A stretch of 57,014 nucleotides of DNA from a virus (Duplodnaviria; Caudoviricetes): the IMG/VR virus record IMGVR_UViG_3300025430_001249, positions 1 through 57,014 of that record; one strand, written 5' to 3'. A program made the position numbers and the translations under genes. This document shows positions 9,086 through 19,867 of this stretch, piece by piece (positions within the stretch are counted from its first letter, which is position 1; each line of letters begins with the position of its first letter). The notes beneath the pieces were generated by a model. The model was not told the DNA's origin. It saw only the letters and a program-made list of their open reading frames with translations, and made no database searches.

Positions 9086-10534
9086 ATGTATATTAATTTT
9101 TTGTTTGATAATTTTACCAACGGGCACCCAAACTACAATATAGTGCCAATTTTTAAGGCTAAAAATTTTGAAAGTGCTCCGGCGGCCAACTATGATTTTT
9201 TTTACAATCCAACTATTGAACGCACTCTTACAGTTAATAATGATATTATATCAGATTATTGTGTTAGATTTGTCAAAACTACTGACCAAAATATTGACAA
9301 CATTCTTACAGAAGATGCAGCAAAGAATATATATTACATTCAAACTAGACCAGATGATTTAGAATCTGCATGGCCAATACTTTACTTAACCAATAAGATA
9401 GTCAGTCTTATAAACAACAACTTGTTAACATTGGTAATTGGCACGCCATTTTCGTATCCAGTAACAACCAATCAATCGGCATTTGAAAAGAATTTAAGGT
9501 ATGCTTGCGCACGAGTTGGCATATTCAACTGGTCAAATATTGTTATAATAATAGATGCTGCAGAAGTTTTAATCAACTCTCACAGAGCGTTACTAAGTAA
9601 CGAATTTCTACCAGGTGCAGAGTACCAACATGCCTACATACCGCCTGAATACACTTGTCAACCAGGTGTTGGAGCACCTAAGATAGTTGGATCAAAAATG
9701 TGGGAAAGATTCATGTTACCGCATCTATATCCAATTAATGGAAATTATTTAGAATCTTACTTGCAAAGTTCTACATTTAGCTTCTATGCAGCCAACGAGA
9801 CCCCGCACCAATTATACAATGAAGATGAGATTAACTCTACACTTTCTAATACACATCAGCATTTTAATAAGCCGTTTAGTTTTTTGTATCTAAATCATAA
9901 TTTAAGATCTCATAGATATTTTACATATAAATGTATAGAAATGCTAGGAATATTAGATTCAGCATTGTATAGCTTTAAAAAGCCAACGTCATGGAATGAA
10001 TATCAATCAGACTCTATAGGTAGACAATTGTTAGCATCTAATTCAGAAGACAACCAGACATTGTTGCAATATATTGTTGCAAATCCAGACATTAATAGCA
10101 AAGATTTGCCTAACGACGATAAATTTGAATCTTTATATAAAGATAATCTTGTAACTGCCGCTGCATTTATAGATTCTAAAAATTTGCGAGACACATATTT
10201 TAGTGTCGTAACAGAAACAGGCGGATTATCCGAGAAAACTTATAAGCTGTTCTTTTATACCCACCCATTCATCATCATTGGTGCCAAAGGTTTACTGAAA
10301 GAACTACACGAATTAGGTTACAAAACTTTTGACATGCTTTTCGACGAAAGTTACGATGATATGAATTTAGGAATTGATAAGATCGTGTTTATATGCAACC
10401 AAATAAAACGATACTGCGGTGACAGCGGCAAAGCAGAATTTATAGCTAAAATGCCACAAATTGTTGAAGTGTTGAAATACAACAGAAAACTTTTTCTTGA
10501 AAAAGATCACAACAAATTTTGGGCATCAATATAA
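9086..10534 (+). CDS. putative glycosyltransferase-like protein
   Basis: C-terminal FSVVTET..SEKTYK..HPFIIIG..LHELGYKTF..DESYD resembles the GT10/fucosyltransferase-type nucleotide-sugar motif. Confidence 0.45.
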   Translation: MYINFLFDNFTNGHPNYNIVPIFKAKNFESAPAANYDFFYNPTIERTLTVNNDIISDYCVRFVKTTDQNIDNILTEDAAKNIYYIQTRPDDLESAWPILYLTNKIVSLINNNLLTLVIGTPFSYPVTTNQSAFEKNLRYACARVGIFNWSNIVIIIDAAEVLINSHRALLSNEFLPGAEYQHAYIPPEYTCQPGVGAPKIVGSKMWERFMLPHLYPINGNYLESYLQSSTFSFYAANETPHQLYNEDEINSTLSNTHQHFNKPFSFLYLNHNLRSHRYFTYKCIEMLGILDSALYSFKKPTSWNEYQSDSIGRQLLASNSEDNQTLLQYIVANPDINSKDLPNDDKFESLYKDNLVTAAAFIDSKNLRDTYFSVVTETGGLSEKTYKLFFYTHPFIIIGAKGLLKELHELGYKTFDMLFDESYDDMNLGIDKIVFICNQIKRYCGDSGKAEFIAKMPQIVEVLKYNRKLFLEKDHNKFWASI

Positions 10535-10579
10535 AAACTGTACTGTACAGAGTTATTATTTTGATTTAAAATTTTTAAC

Positions 10580-10930
10580 TTAGCCGTATTGTTTCATTTC
10601 CCTAATTGGGTCTTGCATTTTTTCAGCAATTTTGTTTTTAAGAATATAACGTTCGCCGTTGACATTTCTTACAGCTATTGCCCTGCGCCCAACTTCTTCA
10701 AGGCTATACTTGTGTTCAACAGTATACTTCTTGAAATCGTCTTCCATTTCCCATACACGTCGATGTATATCAGTTAATTCAACTAGTTCGTCCTTTATTA
10801 AATCAAAATTAAATTCTTTTAATTGCTCTGTGTAAAAATCCACTTCAGGTTGGTTATTTCCAAGTTTTTCGTACTTTAAGCATGCAATGCAATATCTATC
10901 TATAAGTTCAATAAGAGGGAATTTATACAT
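10580..10930 (-). CDS. hypothetical helical protein of the kind found in sugar-modification loci
   Basis: ELIDRY.I..LK...W..ED....N..R...K..I pattern; overlaps the upstream gene. Confidence 0.6.
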   Translation of the reverse strand: MYKFPLIELIDRYCIACLKYEKLGNNQPEVDFYTEQLKEFNFDLIKDELVELTDIHRRVWEMEDDFKKYTVEHKYSLEEVGRRAIAVRNVNGERYILKNKIAEKMQDPIREMKQYG

Positions 10931-12134
10931 CTATTATCTCCACTGTTGGAAAGTATTTTAAAAAAACATCATGCGGTTGATTTCTAATTTTTTTGATTCG
11001 TGCCGATATCTCATCAAAAAAATTCCAAGCCAATGGCACAAACAATATTTTTGAGTTTATTGTGTAATTATTTAGAAATTCGGGAGGTCGTATAGGTATC
11101 ATTGTACCAGGAGTGTATCGATTGTGTTTAAGCTGATTATCATCTAATATTACATCCATTTTAAGATCGATATAGTTTAAAAGAGTATTACCTTTTGCTG
11201 CTGCACCGTATCCAACAATAGCATACCCTTGATTGTGATAGCTATCAACAGTGTTTTTAAGATTTTGCATATTCGTCTTGACATTCATTTCCCACACTTG
11301 GTAGGTCGCTAGTTGCGTTAGAGGTTTTTCCATTGCAATCTTATTGATAATGTTATACTTTTTCTTAACAGTTTTGCTAAAAACAAATACATAACTATTA
11401 CCATGTATTGGTACTTTTATAGCATCTATGAGATTTAAACCTGCTCTATTTGCTAGGCAATTCATACTATTGATATTGAAATAACTAATATGTTCATGAT
11501 ATATAGTATCAAACTCATTGTTAAGCACCATATCAGCTTGACTGGTTTGAATGAATAAAAATGTTTTATCATCCATTAATTGTTTACACGTTTCAAGGAA
11601 AGCAAGTGGATTATAATTGTGTCCAAGTACGTTTTGTCCACAAATAGCATCAAATCCTACATTCAATTTGTTAAGACTGCTACTTCCAAAAAAATCACAC
11701 ACAATTGAGTGATTTTTTGAACTTAGCGGATATATATTCTCCGCAGGATCGACCCCCCAGGTATCGTATCCAAAATCTTTAAAAGAATCAAGTTGAGAAC
11801 CATCATTGCATCCAATATCTAATATTCTGTTGTGTTTTTTAGATATTGTTTCGTCTACATATGCTGCAAACCAATCACTATAGGCTTTAAGCGTTGTACT
11901 AGTACCGCTCACATAGATATAATCCTTAAAAAGGATAGACGGATTCACTGTGTGTGTCAATTGTAAGTGGTAACAGTTATTACACAAGTTTACAGCAAGT
12001 GGATATCTATTTTCTTGCTGTGTTGGTGTGTATGGATAACTGTTGGCTAGTGGTTGTTCGCCTAAGTCTAACGCGCTGAGAAGATTATCGCTGCCGCAGG
12101 CTAAACAAACCATATTTTGTATAATATCACACAT
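10923..12134 (-). CDS. NDP-hexose C-methyltransferase (zinc finger + SAM-dependent)
   Basis: CLACGS..LDLGEQPLAN, C..C.HLQL, LDIGCNDG, DTIYHEHISYF, HGNS, YGAAAKGNTLLN, LAWNF. Confidence 0.9.
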   Translation of the reverse strand: MCDIIQNMVCLACGSDNLLSALDLGEQPLANSYPYTPTQQENRYPLAVNLCNNCYHLQLTHTVNPSILFKDYIYVSGTSTTLKAYSDWFAAYVDETISKKHNRILDIGCNDGSQLDSFKDFGYDTWGVDPAENIYPLSSKNHSIVCDFFGSSSLNKLNVGFDAICGQNVLGHNYNPLAFLETCKQLMDDKTFLFIQTSQADMVLNNEFDTIYHEHISYFNINSMNCLANRAGLNLIDAIKVPIHGNSYVFVFSKTVKKKYNIINKIAMEKPLTQLATYQVWEMNVKTNMQNLKNTVDSYHNQGYAIVGYGAAAKGNTLLNYIDLKMDVILDDNQLKHNRYTPGTMIPIRPPEFLNNYTINSKILFVPLAWNFFDEISARIKKIRNQPHDVFLKYFPTVEIIDV

Positions 12135-13035
12135 AGTTGATAAATTGATTCCTATTTGAAAATCTAGTCATTTTAGAATTATCTATTAACTCTAGTACAA
12201 TAGATTCTAATGTTTCTTTAAACTCAAATTTATATATTTTTTGAAATTTAGTAGTATCCATCTCAAAATTATAAGTGCCGCTGGTATCTGGTAACAAATG
12301 TATTGTAGATGATAATATATTAGCAACACTATTGCCAATATGTTCAACTGTATTACAAAAACTAGCTAAATTGTAAATTCCTGGTTTTGGATCTTTAATA
12401 ACAGCATCAACTGCTCTAATAATGTCATAGATTCCAAGTATTGGCCGCATTATTGTTAGATTATTCAAATTTATATTACCGCTATCGATAGATCGTTTGA
12501 CCATAGAATTGATCATTAGATCATCTCTAATATGAGGGCTCCATCCGTTAACAGTGCCAAATCTAAATCCAATAATCTTCTTTCCAGCGTGTATGAAATT
12601 CTGTGCATTAATATCGAGGACATATTTTGTTAAATCATAATTATTAGCAGGATTAAGTCTAAGTGTAGATTCTTCATTGTTTAATTTACTTAACGAGTTA
12701 TATACGCTACCTGTACTGGCATATATCAGTACTTGATCATTGGTCAGTTTGCCAATTAAATCAATAAAATTATTAACATTATTTTGCCAACTTGCTGATA
12801 ATTCTCCATTGCACATGTTTACAGAACTATGTCCTGCTAGCAATATTACAAATTCAAATTTTGATAACCATGTACTTGTTAGGTCTCGATAATCTATTGA
12901 AATATTAGACTCTAAACCATACCACCCTATATCAATAGATGTGATATCATATTCTGCAGACAACTCATACATAAGTCGTGATCCTATGTATCCATTGCCT
13001 CCTATTATTAATACAGATTTGCTGTCCATGTTCAT
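12127..13035 (-). CDS. NAD-dependent sugar epimerase/dehydratase (extended SDR)
   Basis: GGNGYIG, YASTGSVY, YDLTK, RFGTVNG. Confidence 0.85.
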   Translation of the reverse strand: MNMDSKSVLIIGGNGYIGSRLMYELSAEYDITSIDIGWYGLESNISIDYRDLTSTWLSKFEFVILLAGHSSVNMCNGELSASWQNNVNNFIDLIGKLTNDQVLIYASTGSVYNSLSKLNNEESTLRLNPANNYDLTKYVLDINAQNFIHAGKKIIGFRFGTVNGWSPHIRDDLMINSMVKRSIDSGNINLNNLTIMRPILGIYDIIRAVDAVIKDPKPGIYNLASFCNTVEHIGNSVANILSSTIHLLPDTSGTYNFEMDTTKFQKIYKFEFKETLESIVLELIDNSKMTRFSNRNQFINYV

Positions 13036-13124
13036 TATTATTATTTCAACTTGTCATACAATGCAATTTTGCAATAAACAGCAATAATTAAAAATTTAAA
13101 TGATCGCTTAGATGTTTTGATTTA

Positions 13125-14471
13125 TCAAATACAACTATTAGTAGTTGTCGTCCATCGATTCAAATAATCTGTACCACGTAAGACAATATCTTCAACATTA
13201 GTAGCCATCGATAAAAAATCCTCGTGTTTATTGCGAACGTAATCTAAATCGTAATTGCGAATTGTAAAGTCGGTAGAAAAAATATTACTGTAATATAGAA
13301 AAGTTTTACCGACCGCACGATCAAGTAAGGATTGCGCGCTAACTGCGCTAAAAAGATTTATCTGTAAAAATTTTGCGTTACTTACACGAAATCTATTCCA
13401 TAATTGTTTAAAATTGTCTTCTGAACCAAAATCATCAAACATCATAGAAAGATTTTCTTCTAAAGAATTATTTATATATTTGAACATAGGTGCAAATTCA
13501 GATTTGCGAGCCATGTAATCAATAAGATTATTGCCATCCCATTCTTTCTTCATAGTTTCGATCCATTCTAACGACTTTGGATGGAAATCGTAAAACACAA
13601 AATCAACATTTGGCGATTCGTTTAATATTGCTAGATATTTAAATCCACTAGCTGGTCCCATATATGTGTCAATATTACACACAGGGATATCAAATTGATA
13701 TCGTTCGCTATTAAAAATCCAAATATCAGGTTTAAATGTTTTCTTTTTAAGCCATCTCACTTGGTTAGGATTGAGCGTAGGATCTATTGTATTATTAGTT
13801 ATACAATCATAGAAGTCCTCACTACGTGACTCTGGGTAGAGATATAATCTACAATCGCGCATAGCCTGTGAGAAGTTATCAATTTTTATTTCATTCAACA
13901 ATGCAGTTTTTATAATATTCCACCCTTGTTTTGTACGCTGCATTTCACTCAAACCAGTCTCACCTTTTATCCAATAAGGGGTATAATGATCATGGAAATT
14001 TTCTATTGATCTGCTGTAATTTGGCAACAACTCGGTTTTAGTTTCCCAATTGCCATAAATTGGGCTGCCAATATCCGCCCAAACGTTACGATTAATCAAT
14101 ATCATTTGATGGTGTAATTCTAACCAATCAGTCCCTTGCCAGTCAAGTGTAAATCCAACTAAGAAAAAATCTGGGTGCGCTGTTATATATTGATCCAGTA
14201 ATCCAAGTATATCATTGTCGTGGATATGATTACCAACAGATTGTATCAGCACTAGATCATACCCTTCCGACCCAGATAATGCTAAATCAATATTATCAAA
14301 AAATTTCACATCAGCATGTATAGTGTCAGCTAATCTATGAGTATAAAACCAAGTTATGCCAAACATGCGTTGAAATAATTCAGCATGACGCGATTTAACT
14401 TTAGCTTGGTCGACGACTGCAAATAATACTGTGCTACCTTGTAATGGAGTATCAGTGTATACTTTATTCAT
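13125..14471 (-). CDS. hypothetical protein of the modification cluster
   Basis: 448-aa ORF in the operon; no confident motif. Confidence 0.6.
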   Translation of the reverse strand: MNKVYTDTPLQGSTVLFAVVDQAKVKSRHAELFQRMFGITWFYTHRLADTIHADVKFFDNIDLALSGSEGYDLVLIQSVGNHIHDNDILGLLDQYITAHPDFFLVGFTLDWQGTDWLELHHQMILINRNVWADIGSPIYGNWETKTELLPNYSRSIENFHDHYTPYWIKGETGLSEMQRTKQGWNIIKTALLNEIKIDNFSQAMRDCRLYLYPESRSEDFYDCITNNTIDPTLNPNQVRWLKKKTFKPDIWIFNSERYQFDIPVCNIDTYMGPASGFKYLAILNESPNVDFVFYDFHPKSLEWIETMKKEWDGNNLIDYMARKSEFAPMFKYINNSLEENLSMMFDDFGSEDNFKQLWNRFRVSNAKFLQINLFSAVSAQSLLDRAVGKTFLYYSNIFSTDFTIRNYDLDYVRNKHEDFLSMATNVEDIVLRGTDYLNRWTTTTNSCI

Positions 14472-14474
14472 CTT

Positions 14475-15137
14475 TTACAACCTATTAAAATTATTAGATG
14501 TGTGTCCATGTACTATGACATGATATCTATATTCATCACTGTTGTTTATTACCATATGCCGGCGGCCAACATCTAATACCATACCAACACCTGCGCGAAA
14601 CGGCACTATCCCCTTATTTTCAAAAACAAAATCGCAACCAGTTGGATTATTAATTGCAAAATTTAATGGACCAAACATACGACTTGCACCATCTGTATGC
14701 GGCATAATATAACCTTGAGGCGCTAATTTCATTATCCGAACTCGATCAAACATATCGTATGGTAACGATTTGAGAAAGTTTGACAAGATTGGTACTTGTT
14801 CACATATTTCAGTCCAATGATAATTAGCTTCTTCTAAAGTTGTAAAACCATATCTAGTGTAATGTTCAGTTTTATTAGGTGCTAGACCATGTAGAGTTAT
14901 ACTCTGCCATCCTTTATGACTATAACCGCCAATTACATCAACTGGCCTATGATTTACAAATAAATGATCAATCTGCTGACACTCGACCAGCATAGCAGCA
15001 GTGTCAACTTGAAAATCAATTTCATAATGACTACATTCACTGTCTTTCCAGCATTCGTATAAAGGCCTGGTAGCGGTATATGAATGCACAGAATGCAATT
15101 TATAAAAGTTTAAGAGATCTTCTGGGTATTTTTCCAT
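14475..15137 (-). CDS. Asp/Asn beta-hydroxylase-like 2OG-Fe(II) oxygenase
   Basis: RVRIMKLAPQGYIMPHTD...H.VIN.S.EYRYH facial triad and 2OG-binding Arg; start reassigned to ATG 15137. Confidence 0.8.
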   Translation of the reverse strand: MEKYPEDLLNFYKLHSVHSYTATRPLYECWKDSECSHYEIDFQVDTAAMLVECQQIDHLFVNHRPVDVIGGYSHKGWQSITLHGLAPNKTEHYTRYGFTTLEEANYHWTEICEQVPILSNFLKSLPYDMFDRVRIMKLAPQGYIMPHTDGASRMFGPLNFAINNPTGCDFVFENKGIVPFRAGVGMVLDVGRRHMVINNSDEYRYHVIVHGHTSNNFNRL

Positions 15138-16102
15138 TTTGTCAACTTTATATCTGTAAAACAATGGCATTGATCTAATCCACATAACCATGGTTGATCA
15201 GGCCACTCTATTGTATCGTGTTTACTTATTTGACCCATTAGCGGGCCTTCTGTACAGTTTCCGCGTTTTATTACTCCGTGCTCATTTATAAACAAGCTTT
15301 CTAAACCCATGTTACACAACCAACCATTAAATTTGTTTTGTTTGTTTAGCACTAACGGGGCAATATGCGGTAAATCTTCTTCAGTGTCATCTTCAAGTAT
15401 AATAGTATTGTGTTGATTATATGGTCTAGCAGTAACTTTATTAGGTCTATGCTGCGTTGTAACTAGAGTGTCTAGCGATGATAATATTTGTTCTTGCTCA
15501 GGCGTGTAATCCATATCATATTTGACAGAATCCATTCCGTCGAAATAATTCAACAATCTAACCGGTTCAATAAAAACTGATCGAGAATTTTTCTTTTTAA
15601 AACTATCGTATAAATCTAAACAATGGTCCCAATGTTTTGGATCCATCATTATTCGAACAGCAACATGTGTTCTATTGTTTAGCCATTCTACCTTTTCAAA
15701 CCATTCCTGTCTTTCTTGAGGATCTACTACTACGCTAGGATGATAGCTAGCAGCAATATATGCCAATTTATCTACCACACGGTCCCACCAATCAGTTGTA
15801 CGCATGATATTAGAATTAACACCAATACTAACACGTCTATCTTCGCTGTATACTTTATCAACCATTTTGATAAAATATGGCCATACTGTTGGTTCGCCGC
15901 CGGATAGACTGATATGTGCATATGGATATTTGGCAAACACAGTATCTAAGAATTTATCACAATCTTCCCAGTCGTATGCACGGTTAACACCGCGATGCAC
16001 CGAATCTGGGCAATACCAACAATGAAAAGGACAAGATTGATTTACTATCCACGTTATTTCCATTGGACCAATATTTTTAATAGCTTTAAAAGGTTTGATC
16101 AT
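15110..16102 (-). CDS. radical SAM enzyme with C-terminal twitch/SPASM-like Cys cluster
   Basis: CPFHCWYC, SGGEPT, C-terminal CNMG...C...C..QCHC. Confidence 0.9.
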   Translation of the reverse strand: MIKPFKAIKNIGPMEITWIVNQSCPFHCWYCPDSVHRGVNRAYDWEDCDKFLDTVFAKYPYAHISLSGGEPTVWPYFIKMVDKVYSEDRRVSIGVNSNIMRTTDWWDRVVDKLAYIAASYHPSVVVDPQERQEWFEKVEWLNNRTHVAVRIMMDPKHWDHCLDLYDSFKKKNSRSVFIEPVRLLNYFDGMDSVKYDMDYTPEQEQILSSLDTLVTTQHRPNKVTARPYNQHNTIILEDDTEEDLPHIAPLVLNKQNKFNGWLCNMGLESLFINEHGVIKRGNCTEGPLMGQISKHDTIEWPDQPWLCGLDQCHCFTDIKLTKWKNTQKIS

Positions 16103-17160
16103 TTATCTAATATCTTCACATCTATTACGGTATCATACTTACTCCAAACATTTTTATTCCAATTTTGCTGGTAATTATTATCAATTTCTCGAATATCAAT
16201 TTGTTGCAAGGTATCAGTTTCACAACCAACAATTATTGCTAGAGGAATAAATCCAAATGCCATCTGATCCGATCGTGTTATATCATACTTCTTATGAAGC
16301 CCGTGTGCTTTAAACCATTTATAAAATTTGATTTGATCTAAACCCATGATATTATCAACACGAAAATGCATATAAAATTCAGCTGCAAATCTTTTTTGGG
16401 GTCTAACAGCATTTCTATTTGCAACTTCTATATCATTGTCTACCCATGTACTCATCCAATGTTTACCAAGCGTATTATAGCCTAGATAAATGTATCCCCA
16501 TTTTAATTCAGATGTGAACAAAAAATAATCTTCGTGTTCAAGATTTTCGTGTAATCCAGTAGGTATGTAATCTACTAAACAACTACAAAGAACACTATCT
16601 AAATTGTCCCATCTCTTAAGTATAATTTCAAAATTATGTATCTGTTCGTTTAATCTCAGCATACGATTGTGTACGTCCATATTCTGAACTTCTCCAGGCC
16701 AACTATCAGGATTAGCTATAGTATGCGATAAAGTAGCTGTTGGATTATTTTTTCTATTCCACTCTGATCGAATAACAGCATTATGAAAATAGCCAAGTAA
16801 TAAAAGTTCTTCTAAACGATCGCCATATATTTCATATTCTTCGTGCAGATCATTTAACACTGTTGGATTTTCTCTAAGCCATTCAATATCGCGCAATTCA
16901 GTTAAAACTCTGTCATACTGCGAATTTATTCTCTCGATATTTTCTTTGAATTCGTTAAACTCATTTAAAATTTCCTGATTAGATGGTATCTTTCGATAAT
17001 TTTGAGTGATACTTAAATTATTTGAATAACTTTTAACAACTAACTCTAACCATCTATCAGCAACATCATGATTAAGGGGTCTAAAAAACATTCTACCTAT
17101 TTCGTTAGTTTGACTATTTTTGCAAGTTACTTGTATTAGCTTGTTATAATTTATAACCAT
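16099..17160 (-). CDS. hypothetical protein of the modification cluster
   Basis: 353-aa ORF, ATGA-coupled to the radical SAM gene. Confidence 0.6.
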   Translation of the reverse strand: MVINYNKLIQVTCKNSQTNEIGRMFFRPLNHDVADRWLELVVKSYSNNLSITQNYRKIPSNQEILNEFNEFKENIERINSQYDRVLTELRDIEWLRENPTVLNDLHEEYEIYGDRLEELLLLGYFHNAVIRSEWNRKNNPTATLSHTIANPDSWPGEVQNMDVHNRMLRLNEQIHNFEIILKRWDNLDSVLCSCLVDYIPTGLHENLEHEDYFLFTSELKWGYIYLGYNTLGKHWMSTWVDNDIEVANRNAVRPQKRFAAEFYMHFRVDNIMGLDQIKFYKWFKAHGLHKKYDITRSDQMAFGFIPLAIIVGCETDTLQQIDIREIDNNYQQNWNKNVWSKYDTVIDVKILDK

Positions 17161-17246
17161 TATTTTATCTCACATTAATTTTTAAAAAGTCTGTATCAGT
17201 TTGTACTTAATTACATTATGTTTTTCATATTAAATATACAATAAGA

Positions 17247-18479
17247 TTATTGCATCAATTTACTAGAATATTTTATCCCTCGCATAGTTTCTATTTTTTG
17301 CGTTACTTCAAATGTTTGAGGTAATAAATGAGACCAATCTTCGGCATTCATAAAATCTATAAGATTTCTAAATTTCTGTATAGCAATATTATCAGCATGG
17401 GTGTCTGCATATGCAAGTAACTTTTCTGTAATCCTATCCTTGTCAGATTTTGATAGTACCTTGGTACAATAATATTGGGGCCAATGTAAAATACCAGGAT
17501 GGAACACACCACTATGATGCTTATGACTTATCTTTTTATAGTTCTGTGATATTAGCCAATCAGCAAACTCTGGCAACCACTCAATGTTTAATGCCTGTAC
17601 AGTGCAAAGTATTTTTGGATCAATATTGCTAGGCGTATTGTCGTACCGTTGTAGATTTTTTTCTATAGTTTTCCAGTCAGCTGGATGTCGTATGAATGAG
17701 TTTATATCGTTGTATCCGTCTATACTGATCATAATTTCCACAAGTTTAAAATGAGACCATAATTCAATCATTTCTTCAGATAAAATTGTACCATTTGTGT
17801 GGTAACGTATTTCAATGTTTTTACTGTAACCGCGTGCAACCAATTGTTGTATTAAGGTCATATGTTCTTTAATTAACAGCGGCTCACCGCCGCCAAATAT
17901 TATATGACGTATATTACCACATGATTCGTAAAAACTTTCCCAAAATTCAGTATTTTTATACCAATCAAAGTCATCTATTGCAATATCAGCTTTAACTTTC
18001 CAATCATACTTAGCATCAGTTGTTAATTCGTTTGCCATAACCTTAGCATGATTAAGCCACTTGCTGCTATCTTGAGGTCGGCACATGATACATTGCAAAT
18101 TACAAGTATTTCCTAATCTAAAATCAACTGTTATAATATCAGTGTCAATGCTACCATCTGATTTTGTATTAGAAACAAGTTGATCTAGATATTCTTCTCC
18201 TAGTTTACGCTTCCAAAGATTGTTTTCATTTTCTCTGTGACTGCGTATACCAGCATCTTCTTCCTTATAACAATTTGTACAAGCTCGAAATTTTTTACCG
18301 TCAATCATAGATAGTCTAGCATTGCGAAAATGCTCACTATTCCATATCTCATCCCAACTCATCCTGTTTAAATTCAACTGTCTGCTATTATGAGCAACAC
18401 AGCATAGCAATGCTGAACCATCAGTGTAAGTAGCAGCATGTATCCACGGGAGAATACAAAAAGGAGAGTCAGACTTCAT
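17247..18479 (-). CDS. radical SAM enzyme with N-terminal twitch domain
   Basis: FCILPW..CC..CTNCY, CNLQCIMC, GGGEP, TNGT; start reassigned to ATG 18479. Confidence 0.9.
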   Translation of the reverse strand: MKSDSPFCILPWIHAATYTDGSALLCCVAHNSRQLNLNRMSWDEIWNSEHFRNARLSMIDGKKFRACTNCYKEEDAGIRSHRENENNLWKRKLGEEYLDQLVSNTKSDGSIDTDIITVDFRLGNTCNLQCIMCRPQDSSKWLNHAKVMANELTTDAKYDWKVKADIAIDDFDWYKNTEFWESFYESCGNIRHIIFGGGEPLLIKEHMTLIQQLVARGYSKNIEIRYHTNGTILSEEMIELWSHFKLVEIMISIDGYNDINSFIRHPADWKTIEKNLQRYDNTPSNIDPKILCTVQALNIEWLPEFADWLISQNYKKISHKHHSGVFHPGILHWPQYYCTKVLSKSDKDRITEKLLAYADTHADNIAIQKFRNLIDFMNAEDWSHLLPQTFEVTQKIETMRGIKYSSKLMQ

Positions 18480-19800
18480 CTTTAATTGCTCCATATATTG
18501 CTGGACATACATCTTTAAATGATTGCGATCGTTTTTCATCTTGAGTAATAGTCATGGTATAAAACACTTTTAGTAGTCTATCGTAATCATTATGCCTAGG
18601 AGATTCCATTAAGTTAATTATGCTATCAACACTGTTTTTTATCAACCAATTTTCATTGTATCTATTACTGCTAGCCTTGTATTGGCGCAGCAATTGTGCA
18701 GATTCAACTCTCAACGAATTTGGTAATATAGTTACGTCTAAATGATGCGGGTGTCGATTTATTAAAAAATCAAGTCCAACATCTCGATTATATTTTTGCG
18801 AAACCATATCAACATAATAAAGCATATTAACGCAATCCAATGCATTATAAACTTGTACAACTGGTGTAACATTTGCTATCACGTGTGGTAATTCTACTAA
18901 TCTTTCAAAATTTTTGCTAACTCTGTCCCACTTACTTGGAAATCGTATATAGTCATTCATAGGACCAAAACCATCTAAGCTAGCATTTATCTTAACTGTT
19001 TTGAATTGTGATATAAGATTGATAAATTTATCTGTAACATTGGTACAATTGATATTGAAAAATAATTCAATAGTATCTTGCATATTAGCTGCTATACATT
19101 CCTGCATAAATCGATAGTTGTTTTCGATTAAAGTTGGTTCACCACCGGTCATATAAACTTTTTTTAGCGACGGTATTAATCCTATTAGTTCATCCCACAG
19201 GAAATTACTTTCAAACCAAGTTTGATCTTTTCGAAGATGTTCTGGACTTTTGCCATACATCCCTGTCCATATATCTTTGTAAGATTGATTACCTTCATCC
19301 CAAAGATCAAAATGTTCTTTAGCTATTTGACTGCTATTAAACGGACTGCACATACGGCATTTGAGATTACAAAGATTGCCTAAACGTAAGTCTAAATAAA
19401 TTATATCTAACTTACTATTATAGTCGCTATGTATCAAGTTTGAAACAATATTAGTAAATTCTTCTTTTCCAACACGCTGTATCCATTCGTTGGTCATCAT
19501 TTTACGATTGCTAGACTTACCTATACTTTCTTGATGATAACAATTCTTACATGCTGATATTGTATCGCCATTTACCATAGCTTTACGAACTTGCTTGAGG
19601 TTTTCGCTGGTCCATGCTTCTGATATTGAATTCTTGCCAGCTAGATAACGCTTTTTGTCAGAATCAACTAAAGCAGCATCTGATCCACTAGCAATACAAC
19701 AAAATCTAATTGTACTGCTGGTATCTACCATCATGCTAACAAATGGTACTGCACAAAATGATCGGTTGTTAATTATATTGTCTAGGTCAACCTCATCCAT
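18469..19800 (-). CDS. radical SAM enzyme with N-terminal twitch domain (paralog of the previous gene)
   Basis: FCAVPF..CC..CKNCY, LRLGNLCNLKCRMC, TGGEPT. Confidence 0.9.
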   Translation of the reverse strand: MDEVDLDNIINNRSFCAVPFVSMMVDTSSTIRFCCIASGSDAALVDSDKKRYLAGKNSISEAWTSENLKQVRKAMVNGDTISACKNCYHQESIGKSSNRKMMTNEWIQRVGKEEFTNIVSNLIHSDYNSKLDIIYLDLRLGNLCNLKCRMCSPFNSSQIAKEHFDLWDEGNQSYKDIWTGMYGKSPEHLRKDQTWFESNFLWDELIGLIPSLKKVYMTGGEPTLIENNYRFMQECIAANMQDTIELFFNINCTNVTDKFINLISQFKTVKINASLDGFGPMNDYIRFPSKWDRVSKNFERLVELPHVIANVTPVVQVYNALDCVNMLYYVDMVSQKYNRDVGLDFLINRHPHHLDVTILPNSLRVESAQLLRQYKASSNRYNENWLIKNSVDSIINLMESPRHNDYDRLLKVFYTMTITQDEKRSQSFKDVCPAIYGAIKDEV

Positions 19801-19867
19801 AATAACTGCCTTATCTAAAAATTCTAGTTAAGTATAGTTTCTATGGACGTAAATTCATATAAAATAG